A DNA stretch of 64,000 nucleotides from Eledone cirrhosa (GCA_964016885.1 OZ024741.1:71238001-71302000); one strand, 5' to 3'. Positions 11,333 to 25,202 are shown, counted from the first letter of the stretch. A program made the numbers and translations. The notes: a model not told the origin generated them from the sequence alone.

Positions 11333-11970
11333 TTAAAAAACAAAATCTAAGAATGGATGGATTGATAGGTATGATAAATCAGAATGACGTCCGTATATGT
11401 GTATTTCCATTTTAGTAGCTCAGTTTTCATTTTCACCAACCTTTTAAAACCACCTTCTTACAAATCACCCAAAAACAGTATTTATAGAGGTGTAAAGGAT
11501 GATTTATAAGTTGCACACCATTCCGATCACAGAAGAGCTGAACTCCCACTGTTATCGCCTCCATCCATCTCTATTACGAGCAAATGGGGCTCCACGTGCT
11601 GCTCGGAGGACAGATAGATATGATTGTGCTAGACATTTGATTGATTGATATACCTAGATGAGTAGATGATCAAACAGAGACAGATAGACAGACAGTGATG
11701 GAGGTAGGTAGGTAGACATATAGATAGACAGGCAGACATATAGACAAATTTCTGTTTATTTGCCACTAGGGCACAAAAGAAAGGGACATGTACATGGGTG
11801 GGGGGAGTTTACATAAAAATCGAGTAAGAAAAATCTAACAAACAAAATAGTAACAAGAAGGTCCTCAATAGGGAGGGATCGTTTTGGGGTCACACACACC
11901 CCCGGAAAAAAGTGTGCGACCCTTCTCCACTGGAGCACAAAGACAGGGTGCTCCCTTCTTCCTGTACCAC

Positions 11971-14900
11971 CTACAGGCTGAGGTAGAGAGAAGGCCCATT
12001 CACACAGGCCATTCTCGCAACTTTCACCCACCTTTCATAAAACTGGCTGGAGTGGAGCACCTCTCTCTCCATCCTGATCCTTCTTCCGAAATGGTATCGG
12101 AAGAAAAGGACCAGTTGTTGGCCGGAGAGAAAGGTGTCCGACCTCAGCCCTTTCAGACGCATCCACCATATAGCCTCTTTTACCATGGCTATTACACAGA
12201 GGAAGACCGCCTCTCCTTCATTTTTGAAGGGGGGGAGGCGGCTTGATCGTTACAATGGACTCGGTGGTCAACCTAACTGGTCCCACCCGTGACAGCAGTT
12301 GTTCGACATAGCCCCACAGATCAGCAACGCCCGGGCAGTGCACCAATGCATGCGCGACGGTTTCCTCGTCGCGCACGCATCTGGGACAGATCTTTTTCGA
12401 GGGGTCCCTACCCGGGCGCCCGTGTCTGTAGAGCTTATCCCGAACGGGCAGAGCCCCTCGGTAGCACTGCCAGGCCAAGGACTTCTGGAAGTTGTCCATA
12501 GGTCCCGGGCCGAAAGTCCTACCGAATAGACTGGCCAGTTCGTCCTCCTCCATGCCTAGGGTTTCTCCGAGGGTGTCGTTGCACCCGCTAACCACCAGCC
12601 CTCTATAGAATGACGAGGTGGAGTCTCCGTCGATAGCCGGGTCCGCCTGCCAGAGAGCCGTGAGCGCCTGGGCACACTCGGTGTGCCAGTCGCCCAGTTT
12701 TCTCGGTCTTTGCTTCACCCAGGACTGCAGCTCAGTGAGCGAGACGAGCCTCGGGAAGGCTCGCCTCACAAACGGGGCCCACACCGGTTGACCGGTGAGG
12801 AATACCTGGAGGTGCCTTAGCCTCAATGCGTGTTTACGCATTTTTAGCCACAGCATCCCCAGCCCTCCTTTCAAAGGGTGTTGACAGCAGATGGATCTCC
12901 TCACCAGAGGAGACCTCTTCTTCCAAAGGAAATAAAAGAGGGCGCGCTCCATTTTGGCGAGGATCTCACCCGGGCAAGGCACAACAGTCAAGCGGTAATA
13001 GATGACGGACGCTATGTAAGCGTTCGCCACCTCCGCCCGACCTTTCAGGGATAGTTTGCACTCGGCCCACTTCAAACACCCTATTCGTCACCTCACCCCA
13101 GTTTTTCTCCACCTGGAGGTCCGGTCCGAACCAGACCCCAAGCAACTTCACCGGGCCCTCCGTCCACCGTCACCGTCGCACGACATCGCTTTTCCCCTCC
13201 ACTCGCCGAGTTGCAAAGCGACTGACTTGTCCCGGTTCAGCTTAGCCCCTGTCAACCTTTCGTACTCCTCCAGTAAGGTGCCAATTGCTTCGATTTCCGA
13301 GGTGGTCGACACCATTACTGTTACGTCATCGGCATAGGCCGACACCGCTTTGCGCAATCCCGGTTCCAAAGGGATGCCCTGCAACAACTCCAACTTCCGC
13401 AGTAGTGGCTCGAGAGCCAATACATACAGAAGGGAGGAGAGAGGGCATCCCTGTCGGATGGAGCGGGTGATTTCGAATGGCTCCGAAAGGTAGCCGTTCA
13501 CCTTGACTCTAGAGCAGATGCGGCTGCTGTGCATGGCAGTGATCCAGCCCCTGAAAACGGGTCCAAACCCAGCCGCCGCTAGCACCGCATCCAGGTAACC
13601 ATGGTCCACCCTATCGAACGCTTTAGATTGATCTAAATTTATCAGGGTCCCACCAAAGCCGGGTTCGTTCCCAACCCTCTCTATGATGTATCGCATGAGG
13701 TGGAGGTTGTCGTGGATGGACCTGGACGGGATAGTGCATGTCTGCGCATCTCCCACCAGGCCCCCCACGACAAGCGGCAACCTCTTCGCTAACACCTTGG
13801 CCAAAATCTTTAACTCTGCATTTAGCAGAGTTATGGGCCTAAAATTACTAATGTCATCCCCCTTGTTCTCGTCCTTCCTCACTAGCGAGGCTACGCCCTT
13901 GGTCACAGAACAGGGAATTCTCCCGTTCTGTTGCCAGTTGCAGTAGACCGCCTCGAGGAGATCGGGGAACAAGTCCGGCATATTAATATATAGTTCGTAG
14001 GGCAGACCATCGAGCCCTGGAGATTTGCGTTTGCCGCATAGGCTCAGCACGTCCCCTATTTCAGCAGCTGAGATCGGCCCGTCGCAGGACCTCGCCTCCC
14101 TGTCCGAAAGACGCGGCAGGCTGTTGAGGTATGGATCGAAATCCACATTCCCAACCGGCCCCCCCCGCCCCTCCCGAACAATTGAGCAAAGTGCCTTTGA
14201 AAGGCCTCGCACATTTGCTTAGGTTCAAGGATCAACCGTCCATCCTGGTCTCGCAAAGACCGGATAGTGGATTTAATCCCACTTTTCGCTTCTGTCACGC
14301 AGGCCCAGCTAACAGCTTTGGTCCCCTCGTTTCCCAGAGCACGTATTTTGCTTCGGACAACGCAGCCTTCGTGTTTCGCGTCGAAGAACTGGTTCAAGAC
14401 CGTTCTCGACGCTTGCACTCTGGCCACGTTGCCGCTTCTCATTGCCTCTTCAACATTAACTACCAAATCCCTTTCCTTCCTATTTCTATCTGAGGCTAAC
14501 TCCTTACTAACTCCTATTGAAACTACTCTAATCTCTCGTTTTAGAGACCCCCACCACCTGCTGTTGACGATGGCGCCTGTCAACCGCTCCTTAACTAAGG
14601 TTCTAATCCAGTCCCTGTAAGCTCTACTTGCCGGTAAGGACAAGTTGAGCTTCCAGTAACCGGGCCCCTGCTATGCGTTCTATCAAGGTGGACTACGCAG
14701 GTCACTAACTTGTGGTCTGAATAGCCCACCATGAGCATTTCTGGACAACTTAAAAAGTCCCTATCCTTAATTCTAACTAAGAACCTATCTAGGTACGATC
14801 TAGATTGACCACTGTTATTTGACCAAGTCCAGATTGGCACAGTAGGAAAATCTAGTCGGTATCTATCGGCCAGGTCAAATTGGCCGATTAACCCCTTAAG

Positions 14901-15377
14901 GCTGTTACACCCCCCTCTATCGGGACATGCCCCTACATAGTCCCAACGTGCATCTAGGATACCATTCCAGTCCCCCACTAAAAGCAAGGAGTGGGACGTC
15001 CCTAGAAAAGTCTCCAGATGATGGAAGAAGTCCGACCACATTGCCCCAAAAGGGGCGTATACGGCGACAAGCCTAAAAGCTTCGCCTTCACCATTGCCAA
15101 GGTCCAGAACCACGAGTCGACCCTCCCGGGTCCAAGTGTACCATCTGTGTAGCGAGACCCAGATGTTTTTGCAGCAGAACGACAACCCCACCCCCACCTC
15201 CGGGCTGACAGAGAGATGCGTGCATCTCAAAGTCATCAAAGGTGGGGGCTAGCTGTCGCATGCTGCTGATCCGGGCCTCGCAAATAACCATCACATTTAT
15301 ACATTGTTACCTGAGGTCACTTAGAAGTTTAGCTTGCTTCCAAGGTGAGCCCAGGCCACTACTCTTAAGACAGCCAT
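11971..15377 (-). pseudogene. Tx1-type ORF2 (AP endonuclease + reverse transcriptase + C-terminal zinc finger), several frameshifts
   Basis: APE motifs VYAP, GDWN, SYLDRF, SDHK; RT motifs KSPGLDGLP, FRPITLLN, DQSKAFDRVDH, RQGCPLS, AYADD; C-terminal CPRC...ETVAHALVHC; split over ORFs 15088, 14595, 14056, 13148, 12966, 12218 and 11971. Confidence 0.93.
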
Positions 15378-15400
15378 GTTGGTGGAAAAGAAAGAGGCAC

Positions 15401-17201
15401 TTACCTCTCTGCATCCCGGGGTTCGGGCCGCTCAGTTTCCATGGGGCTGGTGGAGGGGTTGATGGGTGGGGTGGTGGTTTGTGGTGGTGTGGGGGTATTA
15501 GTGTGTGGAGGGGTTGGGATCTTTGGAATTGTGTGGGTGTTTGAGGAGGGGAGGGGAAAACCTTTCAGGAGGACGCGGTTGAGTGGCCTGGTGCAGGGTG
15601 GGGCCACGTCCTCAGGGTAAATGTCTTTCAAAGTTTTGAAAATGTCAAGTGGGATTTTCACCATTTTCAGGTTAGGGAGTCCCATTGCCGTTACGAAATT
15701 TGGCCCTTCGGTTTGTATCGAAGGGTTGTTTTCTATTTTTTCAGTTAGGTTTTTATTGTTTTTGTTTATGTATGTGTAGAGTTTTTGTGTTGTTGTGTTT
15801 GTTTTTGCTTGTTGTTCTTGAGTGAGTTTGCGTTTTATTGTCTGTGTTGTGTTGTCAGGTGGGGTTATTTTTGTTTGTGTGGTGTGTGTACGTTTTTTTC
15901 TTTTCACTTTTTGGAAGGGAGCCCCCTCGTCTTCCGACGATATGAGCTCCTCTTCCGTATTGGAGGGGAGGGGTATATCTCCGGGTTGTGTATGAACTGC
16001 GTGTGTTTTTGTATTTGTGTTCTGTGGGGTGGGGCTGGGTGGGACCGTGTTTTGGGTTGTTTTCTTGAGCTGTTGTTGATGTTGTTGTTGTGGTGGTGGT
16101 GGTGGTGGTGGTGGTGGTGGTGGTGGTGGTGGTGTTGTTGGTTTTTGTTGTCGTTGTGGTGGTGATGGTAGTGTATTTTGTTGTTTTTGTGATGGTGGTG
16201 CTGGTTGTTTTTGTTGTTGTTGTGGTGTTTGTAGCAGTGGTTTTTTTGTTGTTAGTAGAGGGCAGGCCGTCCTCAGGTGACCTCTGCCAGCGCAGTGGTA
16301 ACATGAGGGTCTCCTGCCTTCCACTGTAATATTGATGAAGGTTCGCCCATCCAGTAGGACTCGGTCGGGTATTCCGGCGATTCTCTCAGGTGTCATCTGT
16401 AAGAGAACCTCCAGACTTTTTCCCCCGAACAGTCCACTGGTGGACTCCCCTGCTGATATAAGGATGTCCTTTTCTAGGTCCATAAATCCTGTCAGGACGG
16501 ACTAGATGTTAACTTCTGGCATTGGACTCCACATTCTTAGTCTCAGTTCTTCTTCCTTTATACGTGGGGGAAGAAGGTGTATTGTGGTGACACTATAGGT
16601 GCCACCGAGCATTTTTGAGCCAGTATTTCGTCCTTCATTCGGACCATAATGCTGGCATACAGCTTTCCTCTTTCAATAAAGAGTATGTCTTCTTTTATGT
16701 CTTTCAAGACCAGCTCAATTTGACTTTCTGTCAATTGAACTGGCTTTCTTGTTGTGCTGGATATCGTTCTGAAGGTTATGGTATTCCTATATACCTGTTG
16801 ACGAACTTCTTCTGGGGAGTTGATCGTAAAAGAACCATCCTCCCCAAAAGATATGTATTTTCTGGCATTTAGCAAGTTCTGCTTAGCGTTTGTGATGTCT
16901 ATTGGCTTGTACTCTATAGCTTTCCTGACCGTTTGGGCAAAAGAAATTTTGTTGTCTTTGTTGCTTGTTGTTGCAATGTTGTTGGTTTCATCTTTTGTGG
17001 TGTTTATTTTCTTGTTATTTTTTTCATAAAAATTTAGGTTTTCATTCGAATTAATATTCTTTTTTTCATTCGAGAGGAGGGGCTGTTCAACAGTTTGAAT
17101 TGTTGTTCCCTCTTTCTCGCTTTTTTGGTAGGCGTGGCGTTAGCTTCCAATATGGCTTCCTCGTTTTCGACGATATCGTTTTCCACGATATCGATGAACA
17201 T
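15401..17201 (-). pseudogene. Tx1-type ORF1 (gag-like nucleic-acid-binding protein), frameshifted
   Basis: Track ORFs 16558..16875 and 15401..16483; motif GRRPSCYHCAGRGHLRTACP (CX2CX4HX4C) followed by a P/Q/T-rich linker; candidate ATG at 17201. Confidence 0.75.
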
Positions 17202-17499
17202 TTTGAATTAAATATTTTTCACCCCAAAAGGGGTGAAAATATATTTACCCTACGTCTACAGTCCCAGACTAGGGGTTAGAGTCAATAATAAAAAACAATT
17301 TAAATAATACACTCACAAATAATCCAAGTAAAAATTCCAAATCGAAGAGCCGATGTGCAAGACGTCTACTATCAAAGACAGACAGACAGACAGTCGGATG
17401 GACATACAGACAGACGGACGGACATACAGACAGACGGTCTGACGACAGACAGACAAACAGGCAACTAGAGAATGACAGAGAGATAGATAACCATTAATG

Positions 17500-17690
17500 A
17501 ATAATTGTTTCTACATTTGGCACAAGGCCAGCAATTACCCAGTGCATTACTGGTACTTTATTTTATCGACCCCGTAAGGATGAAAGGGAAAGTTAACCTC
17601 GACAGGATTTGAACTCAGACCGTAAAGGGACGTAACTATGCTGGAAAGCATGGCGTCCGACCCTCTACCGATACTGCCAATCCACCGCCC
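17500..17690 (-). mobile_element. SINE family B, young copy
   Basis: Near-identical to 5477-5665 and to the reverse complement of 33653-33837. Confidence 0.88.
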
Positions 17691-18179
17691 ATTAATGAAT
17701 AATGCTGATGAAATAGATATTTCAGGTAAATGTGTTATGACTAACAACATTAGTTTCCCTGAGATGCAGATATGAAGGTGTGTCAACAAATACAATCACA
17801 CTCACCAATACACACAGACAGATACATATAATATAGTTAGAAAAAAAGACAGAAAAGTAGACAGGTCGAAACAGAGAGAAGGGAGGGGGTGACAGGAATA
17901 GAGACATAACAAATAGACAGAAAGAATTTGAGGGGGTGAGAGCAAAAACGCAGATAACATTTTTTTTAAAGAAATAACTTTGTATAGTTTTGTACCTACA
18001 TCTCTAAGATTGAGCAGGATGTTTTCCTTCTGTCACATGGATGATGCATATGTTTCTGGAACACACTGTGATTAAAACCCTTAAAAGACACATTGGCACC
18101 ATCAGTACTAGCTAGGTCCATTGCTAGGCTTTAGTGCTCAGGAGAGCTCTAGAGCATTCTGGGTGGGTACTCTAGGGTA

Positions 18180-18490
18180 AAGGGATTTGTACCTAGAAAG
18201 TTCCCCTCCGAGGCACAAGTCCAAGCAAAGTTGTTTGTGGATGATGAGCAGTCCCCCCATTCATACCAGTCTTCCCTCTCCATGTCACTGATGTTGTCCA
18301 AGAGAAAGGCAATGGCCAACATAGCTTGGCACCAGTGACATAGCAACTCATTTCTATAGCTGAGTAAACTGGAGCAACATCAAATAAACTATGTTGCTCA
18401 AGGACACAACACATCACCCTGTCTGAGAATTGAACTCACAACCTCCTGATTGCAAGTCCAATGCTTTAACGGCTAAGCCATGCACCTTCA
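18180..18490 (-). mobile_element. CORE-type SINE (family A)
   Basis: Reverse complement: gaaggtgcatggcttagccgttaaagc head, gagttcaattctc B box, gttgtgtccttgagcaac core. Confidence 0.75.
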
Positions 18491-18629
18491 CAGTGGATCC
18501 TCTAATTCACAATAATTCTGAGGTGGAGTTTCGGAATAAGCATAACATTGTAAATTTTTCTAACTCTGAGGGTACACAACTGTAAATTAGAGCAACGGTG
18601 CCAGCTAATGCTTCTCTTGCCAATGGGTT

Positions 18630-19085
18630 TGGGACCTGGTATTGGAGGATGCAATATCAACAATCTCAGATTTGTCAATGACATCAATGGACTAACAGGT
18701 AACATAAGAAAAGTTGACACTTTAGTAAATAACCACCAGATACGGACTAGAAATTAGCACGGAGAAGACAAATGTCATGATAAACAACCAAGAAAAGATT
18801 GACACCAGAATCACTATCTATGCTGGTTGACAACTTCAAATAAAGTGCTATCATCACCGAAGAAGAATCAAAGCAGGAAATTCTCTCAAGAGCTGCTCAA
18901 GCATCGACAACATTAGCAAGTTTAAGATCAATAAGTTGAAACAGTTCAGGGTAAAAAGAAAGCAAGGACATCCTAAGAAAAAATACACAGATAAAATCAC
19001 GGAATGGACCAGTAAAGACTTTACAACAACCCAAGTCCTGGCTTGTAGCAAAGATGGATGGAGGGAAGTAGTAAACTGCTCCACC
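18630..19085 (+). mobile_element. Highly decayed RTE LINE RT/3' fragment
   Basis: GIGGCNINNLRFVNDI (IGGR.INNLRFADD-like), GLEISTEKTNVM, later QGKKKAR/GHPKK; many frameshifts. Confidence 0.6.
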
Positions 19086-19487
19086 CTGCAGCATCTTACA
19101 GCTGTGGAGGTAAAGACTTCATGGCATCCCAAGTCTTGGCACACAACAGAGATGGATTGAGGGGGGTGGTACACTGCTCCACAACCCTGAAGTGAAGCAC
19201 TGGAATCTCCATAATAATAATCCTACTGGATTTCTTTGTTCATCTATCTCAAAGATGCTACATTCTCGCAAAAAAAAAACATCAGGAAATTTTCATTTAG
19301 AATTCATGAAATATAAAAATGTAAGGGAAAAATAAAAAGGCAGGGTGCAAGTGTTCTAAAATGTGTTTTCTATTAACTATGTAGTCTGTCTTTCTCTCTC
19401 TCTGTAACTATCTCTCTACATGTATGTATGTATGTATGTATGTATGTATGTATGTATGTATGTATGTACAAATATATATATAATATA

Positions 19488-19675
19488 TTAATAAATGGAA
19501 ACTATATTTATAAAACCATATTTATTTTATTATATATATTTCAAGGGCAACCAAGGCAAATTATGGTGCGCTTTCATCAGATAAAATACAGATTTGTTTT
19601 ATAAATAAATATTGACATACCCGGAAAAAAGACAACCTTAACAGTTGGAGCTTCCTGGATAAATATAACCTCTGC

Positions 19676-19676
<1 letters not shown>
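19488..19676 (-). mobile_element. Penelope-like pseudo-LTR element (subfamily 2) inside (TA)n
   Basis: Reverse complement of 39490-39637 almost base for base, and homologous to the arms of 26720-27085. Confidence 0.8.
19523..19588 (-). ncRNA. Minimal type-I hammerhead ribozyme motif
   Basis: Minus strand: tattttat CTGATGA aagcgcacca-taatttgcct-tggttgccctt GAAA tatata TA ataaaata; stem I 8 bp perfect, stem III palindrome AUAUAUAU, AUA triplet. Confidence 0.8.
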
Positions 19677-19706
<30 letters not shown>

Positions 19707-19739
19707 GGTGTGTGTGCATGTATATGTATCTATGTATGT

Positions 19740-20175
19740 ATCCATCCTGTAAGGTGGTTGTCCTTGTAATATGACAATCCACTCTGGAAGATGGTTGTGC
19801 TGATGCCAAGAGGCTCCTAATCAACCTTGTATAGTGGTCATGCTGGTGACAAGAAATAAAGCACCCAGTAAACCATGTAAAGTGGTCGTGCTCATGAACA
19901 AGAAAAAAACACCCAGTCTACCATGTAATCTGATTATGCTGATGACATGACAAAAAGCACCCAGTCCACTCTGTAACATGGTCATGCTCATGACAACAAA
20001 AAACACCCAGTCCACTGTTAGATAGTCGTTTTGATAACATGGTTAGCATTAAGAAGGGCATCCAGGCATAGAAACCAAGCTAAAACACACATCTGTATGA
20101 GTACCTGACCTGACTGATAACGTAACAACCCGTCTAACCCATGCAAGCATGGAAAATAGACATTAAATGATGATA
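19740..20175 (+). mobile_element. RTE-3'UTR-type element with ~5 tandem ~46-bp modules
   Basis: Repeated gtggtcatgct...tgacaa...aaagcacccagt modules, then ggttagcattaagaagggcatcc...cccgtctaacccatgcaagcatggaaaa(tga)n. Confidence 0.7.
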
Positions 20176-20232
20176 TAAATGTGTGTGTGTGTGTGTGTAT
20201 TTATATATATATATATATATAAATAAATATAT

Positions 20233-21927
20233 ATCATCATCATCATCACCGTTTTATGTCCGTTCTTCCACGCTAGCATGGGTTAGACGGGTTGTCCTGT
20301 TGTGGGCAGTGTCTGGTCGGCTGACCATGCCTTGCTCATACAGGAACTGATCTGGCTTGATTTCTACAGCTGGATGCCCTTCCTAACAACAAACTCATTT
20401 ACAGTGAGTGCTGGGTGCTTTTTCGTGGCGCCTACACGTCCACTTTACAGTGTGGGCTGGGTGCTTTTTTGCTGTGGCACCTCCACGACCACCTTGCGGT
20501 GGGGTGGGTGGGGGCATATTGTCTATATGCTTCAGCTTGTACCCATGGGAGGTCGGGTACTCTGTATTACTGCGTGACGCCAGAAGTCACGGTCGTGTGT
20601 CATTGTCTTTGAGAGGTGTAATTAGGTAAGGTCGGCTTTTATCACCTCATCCCAGGTCATCTTGGGTCTCCCCACTCCGCGGTTTCCATCAACTTCTAGT
20701 GCTCTGCACCTTTTTATGCAGCTGTCATCCTTCATACGCATCACATGTACATACCAGCGCAACCGCCTCTCCTGCACACAGCATTTGATTCCTCTTATGC
20801 TCAGTCTCTCTCTCAATTCATTTATGCTTTGTCGTTCATGTATATTACTGTTACACATCCATCGGAGCATGCAGGCTTCGTTTCTCTCTAATCTACGTAA
20901 GTCTTCCACCTTCAGCGCCCAGGTCTCACTACCATGCAACATTGCTGTTCGGATACACGCATCATACAGTCTGCCTTTCATTCTGAGGGAGAAGCCTTTT
21001 GCAGCTAGCAGTGGTAGTAGTTCCCTAAACTTCTTCCATCCCATTCTTACCCTAGTTATTGTACTTTCTGAACACCCACCTCCGCTACTAATTCGGTCAC
21101 CTAGGTAGCAGAAGCTGTCTACTGTTTCTACAGAGCCCTCCCAGAGATTGGTGGTACTTGTTTCCTGTGGCTGTTTGCCTCTTGCTGTCTCAGTACAGCT
21201 GCTGTATGTGAAGCCTACATTCTTAATTAAGCTTCCTGAGATCCCGCTACATCTCTTGTGTACCCATTGTTTGCATTTGGAGCAGAGAATGGAGTTCCTA
21301 CCTACACCTTTCCTACATACTGAGCAAGGCCATTTCCCTGAGGGGATCTGGGTTCTGTTTTCTCGTCTACTTACAAGGACCTTAGTCTTTATCATGTTGA
21401 CTTTGAGACCCTTTCTTTCTAGTCCCTGCTTCCAAGTTTGGAATTTATTCTCTAGTTCTACCATAGATTCAGCTATGAGTGCGAGGTCATCAGCATACAG
21501 GAGTTCCCATGGGCATCCGGTCTTAAACTCCTCCGTTATTGCCTGCAGGACTATGATGAACAGGAGGGGGCTAAGAACAGAGCCCTGGTGGACCCCAACC
21601 TGTACGCTAAATTCCTCGCTATACTCATTGCTAATCCTAACTTTGCTGACTGCTCCCCTATACAAGGTTTGTACCGCTTTCACAAGCTATTCATCTACTC
21701 CTAGTTTTCTAAGAGCCCACCAGATTACAGCACGTGGAACTCTGTCAAAGGCTTTCTCAAGGTTGACAAATGCCAAGTAGAGTGGCTTACTTTTAGCTAG
21801 GTACTTTTCCTGTAATTGCCTCACAAGGAAGAGGGCATCAGTGGTGCCTCTTCCTGGTACAAACCCAAATTGCATCTCGTCTATTTTCACCCGGTTCCTA
21901 ATCAACTGTGCTATAACTCTTTCTGTT
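20233..21927 (-). mobile_element. 5'-truncated RTE-clade LINE with RT, PHD-like finger, 3' UTR and (GAT)n tail
   Basis: QFGFVPGRGTTDA, LEKAFDRVP, GVHQGSVLSPLLF, LLYADD, RRLRWYVHVMRM, GRPKMTW; in-frame stops at 21687 and 20622; 5' end abuts (TA)n. Confidence 0.93.
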
Positions 21928-21955
21928 ATATATAAATATATATATATATATATAA

Positions 21956-21994
<39 letters not shown>

Positions 21995-22025
21995 TATATA
22001 AATAAATATATATATATATAAATAA

Positions 22026-22092
<67 letters not shown>

Positions 22093-22351
22093 TAAATATA
22101 AATAAATAAATAAATATATATATATATATAAATAAATAAATATATATATATTTATAAATAAATAAATATATATATATATATATATAAATAAATATATATA
22201 TATATATAAATAAATATATATATATATATATAAATAAATATATATATATATATATAAATAAATATATATATATATATATAAATAAATATATATATATATA
22301 TAAATAAATATATATATATATATATATAAATAAATATATATATATATATAA

Positions 22352-22394
<43 letters not shown>

Positions 22395-22459
22395 TATATA
22401 TATATATATAAATAAATATATATATATATAAATAAATATATATATATATATATAAATAA

Positions 22460-22490
<31 letters not shown>

Positions 22491-22615
22491 TATATATATA
22501 TAAATAAATATATATATATATAAATAAATATATATATATATATATAAATAAATATATATATATATATATAAATAAATATATATATATATATAAATAAATA
22601 TATATATATATATAA

Positions 22616-22704
<89 letters not shown>

Positions 22705-22797
22705 TATATAAATAAATATATATATAAATAAATAAATATATATATATAAATAAATATATATATATATATATAAATAAATATATATATATATATATAA

Positions 22798-22838
<41 letters not shown>

Positions 22839-22859
22839 TATATATATATATATAAATAA

Positions 22860-22892
<33 letters not shown>

Positions 22893-22893
22893 T

Positions 22894-22980
<87 letters not shown>

Positions 22981-22983
22981 AAT

Positions 22984-23058
<75 letters not shown>

Positions 23059-23059
23059 A

Positions 23060-23092
<33 letters not shown>

Positions 23093-23159
23093 AATAAATA
23101 AATATACATATATATATATAAATAAATATACATATATATATATAAATAAATAAATATAC

Positions 23160-23192
<33 letters not shown>

Positions 23193-23197
23193 TATAC

Positions 23198-23228
<31 letters not shown>

Positions 23229-23409
23229 TAAATATATATATATATAAATAAATATATATATATAAATAAATATATATATATATATAAATAAATATATATA
23301 TATATATATAAATAAATATATATATATATATTTAAATAAAAATATATATATATATATAAATAAATATATATATATATATATAAATAAATATATATATATA
23401 TTTAAATAA

Positions 23410-23442
<33 letters not shown>

Positions 23443-23660
23443 TATATATATATATATATTTAAATAAATATATATATATATATATATTTAAATAAATATA
23501 TATATATATATATTTAAATAAATATATATATATATATATATTTAAATAAATATATATATATATATATATTTAAATAAATATATATATATATATATATATT
23601 TAAATAAATATATATATATATATATATATTTAAATAAATATATATATATATATATATATA
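21928..23660. repeat. ~1.7 kb (TA)n array periodically interrupted by TAAATAAA
   Basis: Directly visible; source of the YIYI pseudo-ORFs. Confidence 0.95.
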
Positions 23661-24051
23661 CATACATGTATACATACAAAAAATATATATATACAATCAT
23701 ATATATACATATAAACATACATACATATATATGCATACATATATATACATGCATACATATACATACATATACATGCATACATATACATGCATACATATAC
23801 ATGCATACATATATATATACATACATATATATATACATATACATACATATGTGTGTGTGTGTGTGTGGATGTTTGTGTATAAATATTTTGGGTGTCTGTG
23901 TCTAGTTGCACAGATAAGCAAATTAAAAGGTTATTTCTGATTTACATATATAAACACCGTAAAAGTTAAACAAAATTAAATGTAAACAAAAACAATACCG
24001 AATCACTATTTTCCACACCAACACAGACGCAAATATATAATATATACAGTG

Positions 24052-24113
<62 letters not shown>

Positions 24114-24150
24114 CACTGTATATATTATATATATATACACACACACACCA

Positions 24151-24210
<60 letters not shown>

Positions 24211-24409
24211 GACGATTTGTTATGTCTTCATTACATTTATTGATTGGTGACGCGCGTTTCGCTATTGATCAGCTCAAGGTTCGATCTGTGTCGATCTGGC
24301 CCGATTCAGGATTCAAAAGCTCGTCGGACTTCTGCTGTGGTAATGACAGAATGAACATATAGAGCACAGAGATGGCTGTAACGACTCGTCTTCATATATG
24401 AATGCAAAT

Positions 24410-24650
24410 CGAGAAGAAAAAGAAGAAAAAGAAGAAAAAGAAGAAAAAGAAGAAGAAAAAGAAGAAAAAGAAGAAAAAGAAGAAGAAGAAAAAGAAGAAA
24501 AAGAAGAAGAAAAAGAAGGGAAAAAAAGAAAAAGAAAAAGAAAAAGAAAAAGAAAAACAAAAACAAAAAGAAAGAAGAAAAAGGAGAAAAGAAAGAGAAA
24601 AAAGAAGAAGAAGAAGAAGAAGAAGAAGAAAAGAAAAAAAGAAGAAGAAG
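24410..24650. repeat. (GAAAAA/GAA)n purine tract
   Basis: Directly visible. Confidence 0.9.
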
Positions 24651-24995
24651 CATCTTTGTTAATTTATGCTCCAAATACCAGCTGGATAATGAGAAAGTTA
24701 TATTACTAAATCTCTCCAAATTCTTTGAAAAGGTTAAGTTTGGCCATTAAGAGAAAATTTATCCCCCATGGGTGAATAAAAATGAATATCACAGAACAAT
24801 ACATTTCAGCTTTGTTTAAAACTAAACCCCAGCTTTGTTTCCCTTATTCTCAATCAGCTACAAGCTTTTAGGAATGTTAATACTAGAGTGTGGTATACAG
24901 AAAAACTTCATGCTTAAAACAGGACTTTTCTCTAAGCACAGACTGGTTTAGCTTAGCTTAATGTGTTTGTGTGTGTGTATATATATATACATATG

Positions 24996-25026
<31 letters not shown>

Positions 25027-25113
25027 ATATGTATACGTGTGTGTATATATATGTGTGTGTGTATATGTATATATATATATATATATGTGTGTATATATAT
25101 GTGTGTGTGTGTA

Positions 25114-25166
<53 letters not shown>

Positions 25167-25202
25167 ATATGTATATATGTGTGTGTATATATATGTGTGT
25201 GT

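Larger units (their letters stand above)
11747..17370 (-). mobile_element. L1/Tx1-clade non-LTR retrotransposon, apparently full length, inactivated by frameshifts
   Basis: GC-richer block with ORF1 (CCHC knuckle) and ORF2 (APE, RT, CCHC); AATAAA at the 3' end (tttatt 11755-11760); 5' end agtagacgtcttgcac; embedded between (GATA/GACA)n tracts. Confidence 0.92.

Noticed and set aside
20662-21780. Plus-strand ORFs of 148 and 210 aa (also 54373-55314 and 11884-16329)
   Set aside because: Antisense shadows of LINE coding sequence.
24398-24719. Poly-Lys/Glu ORFs
   Set aside because: GAA/GAAAAA simple repeat.
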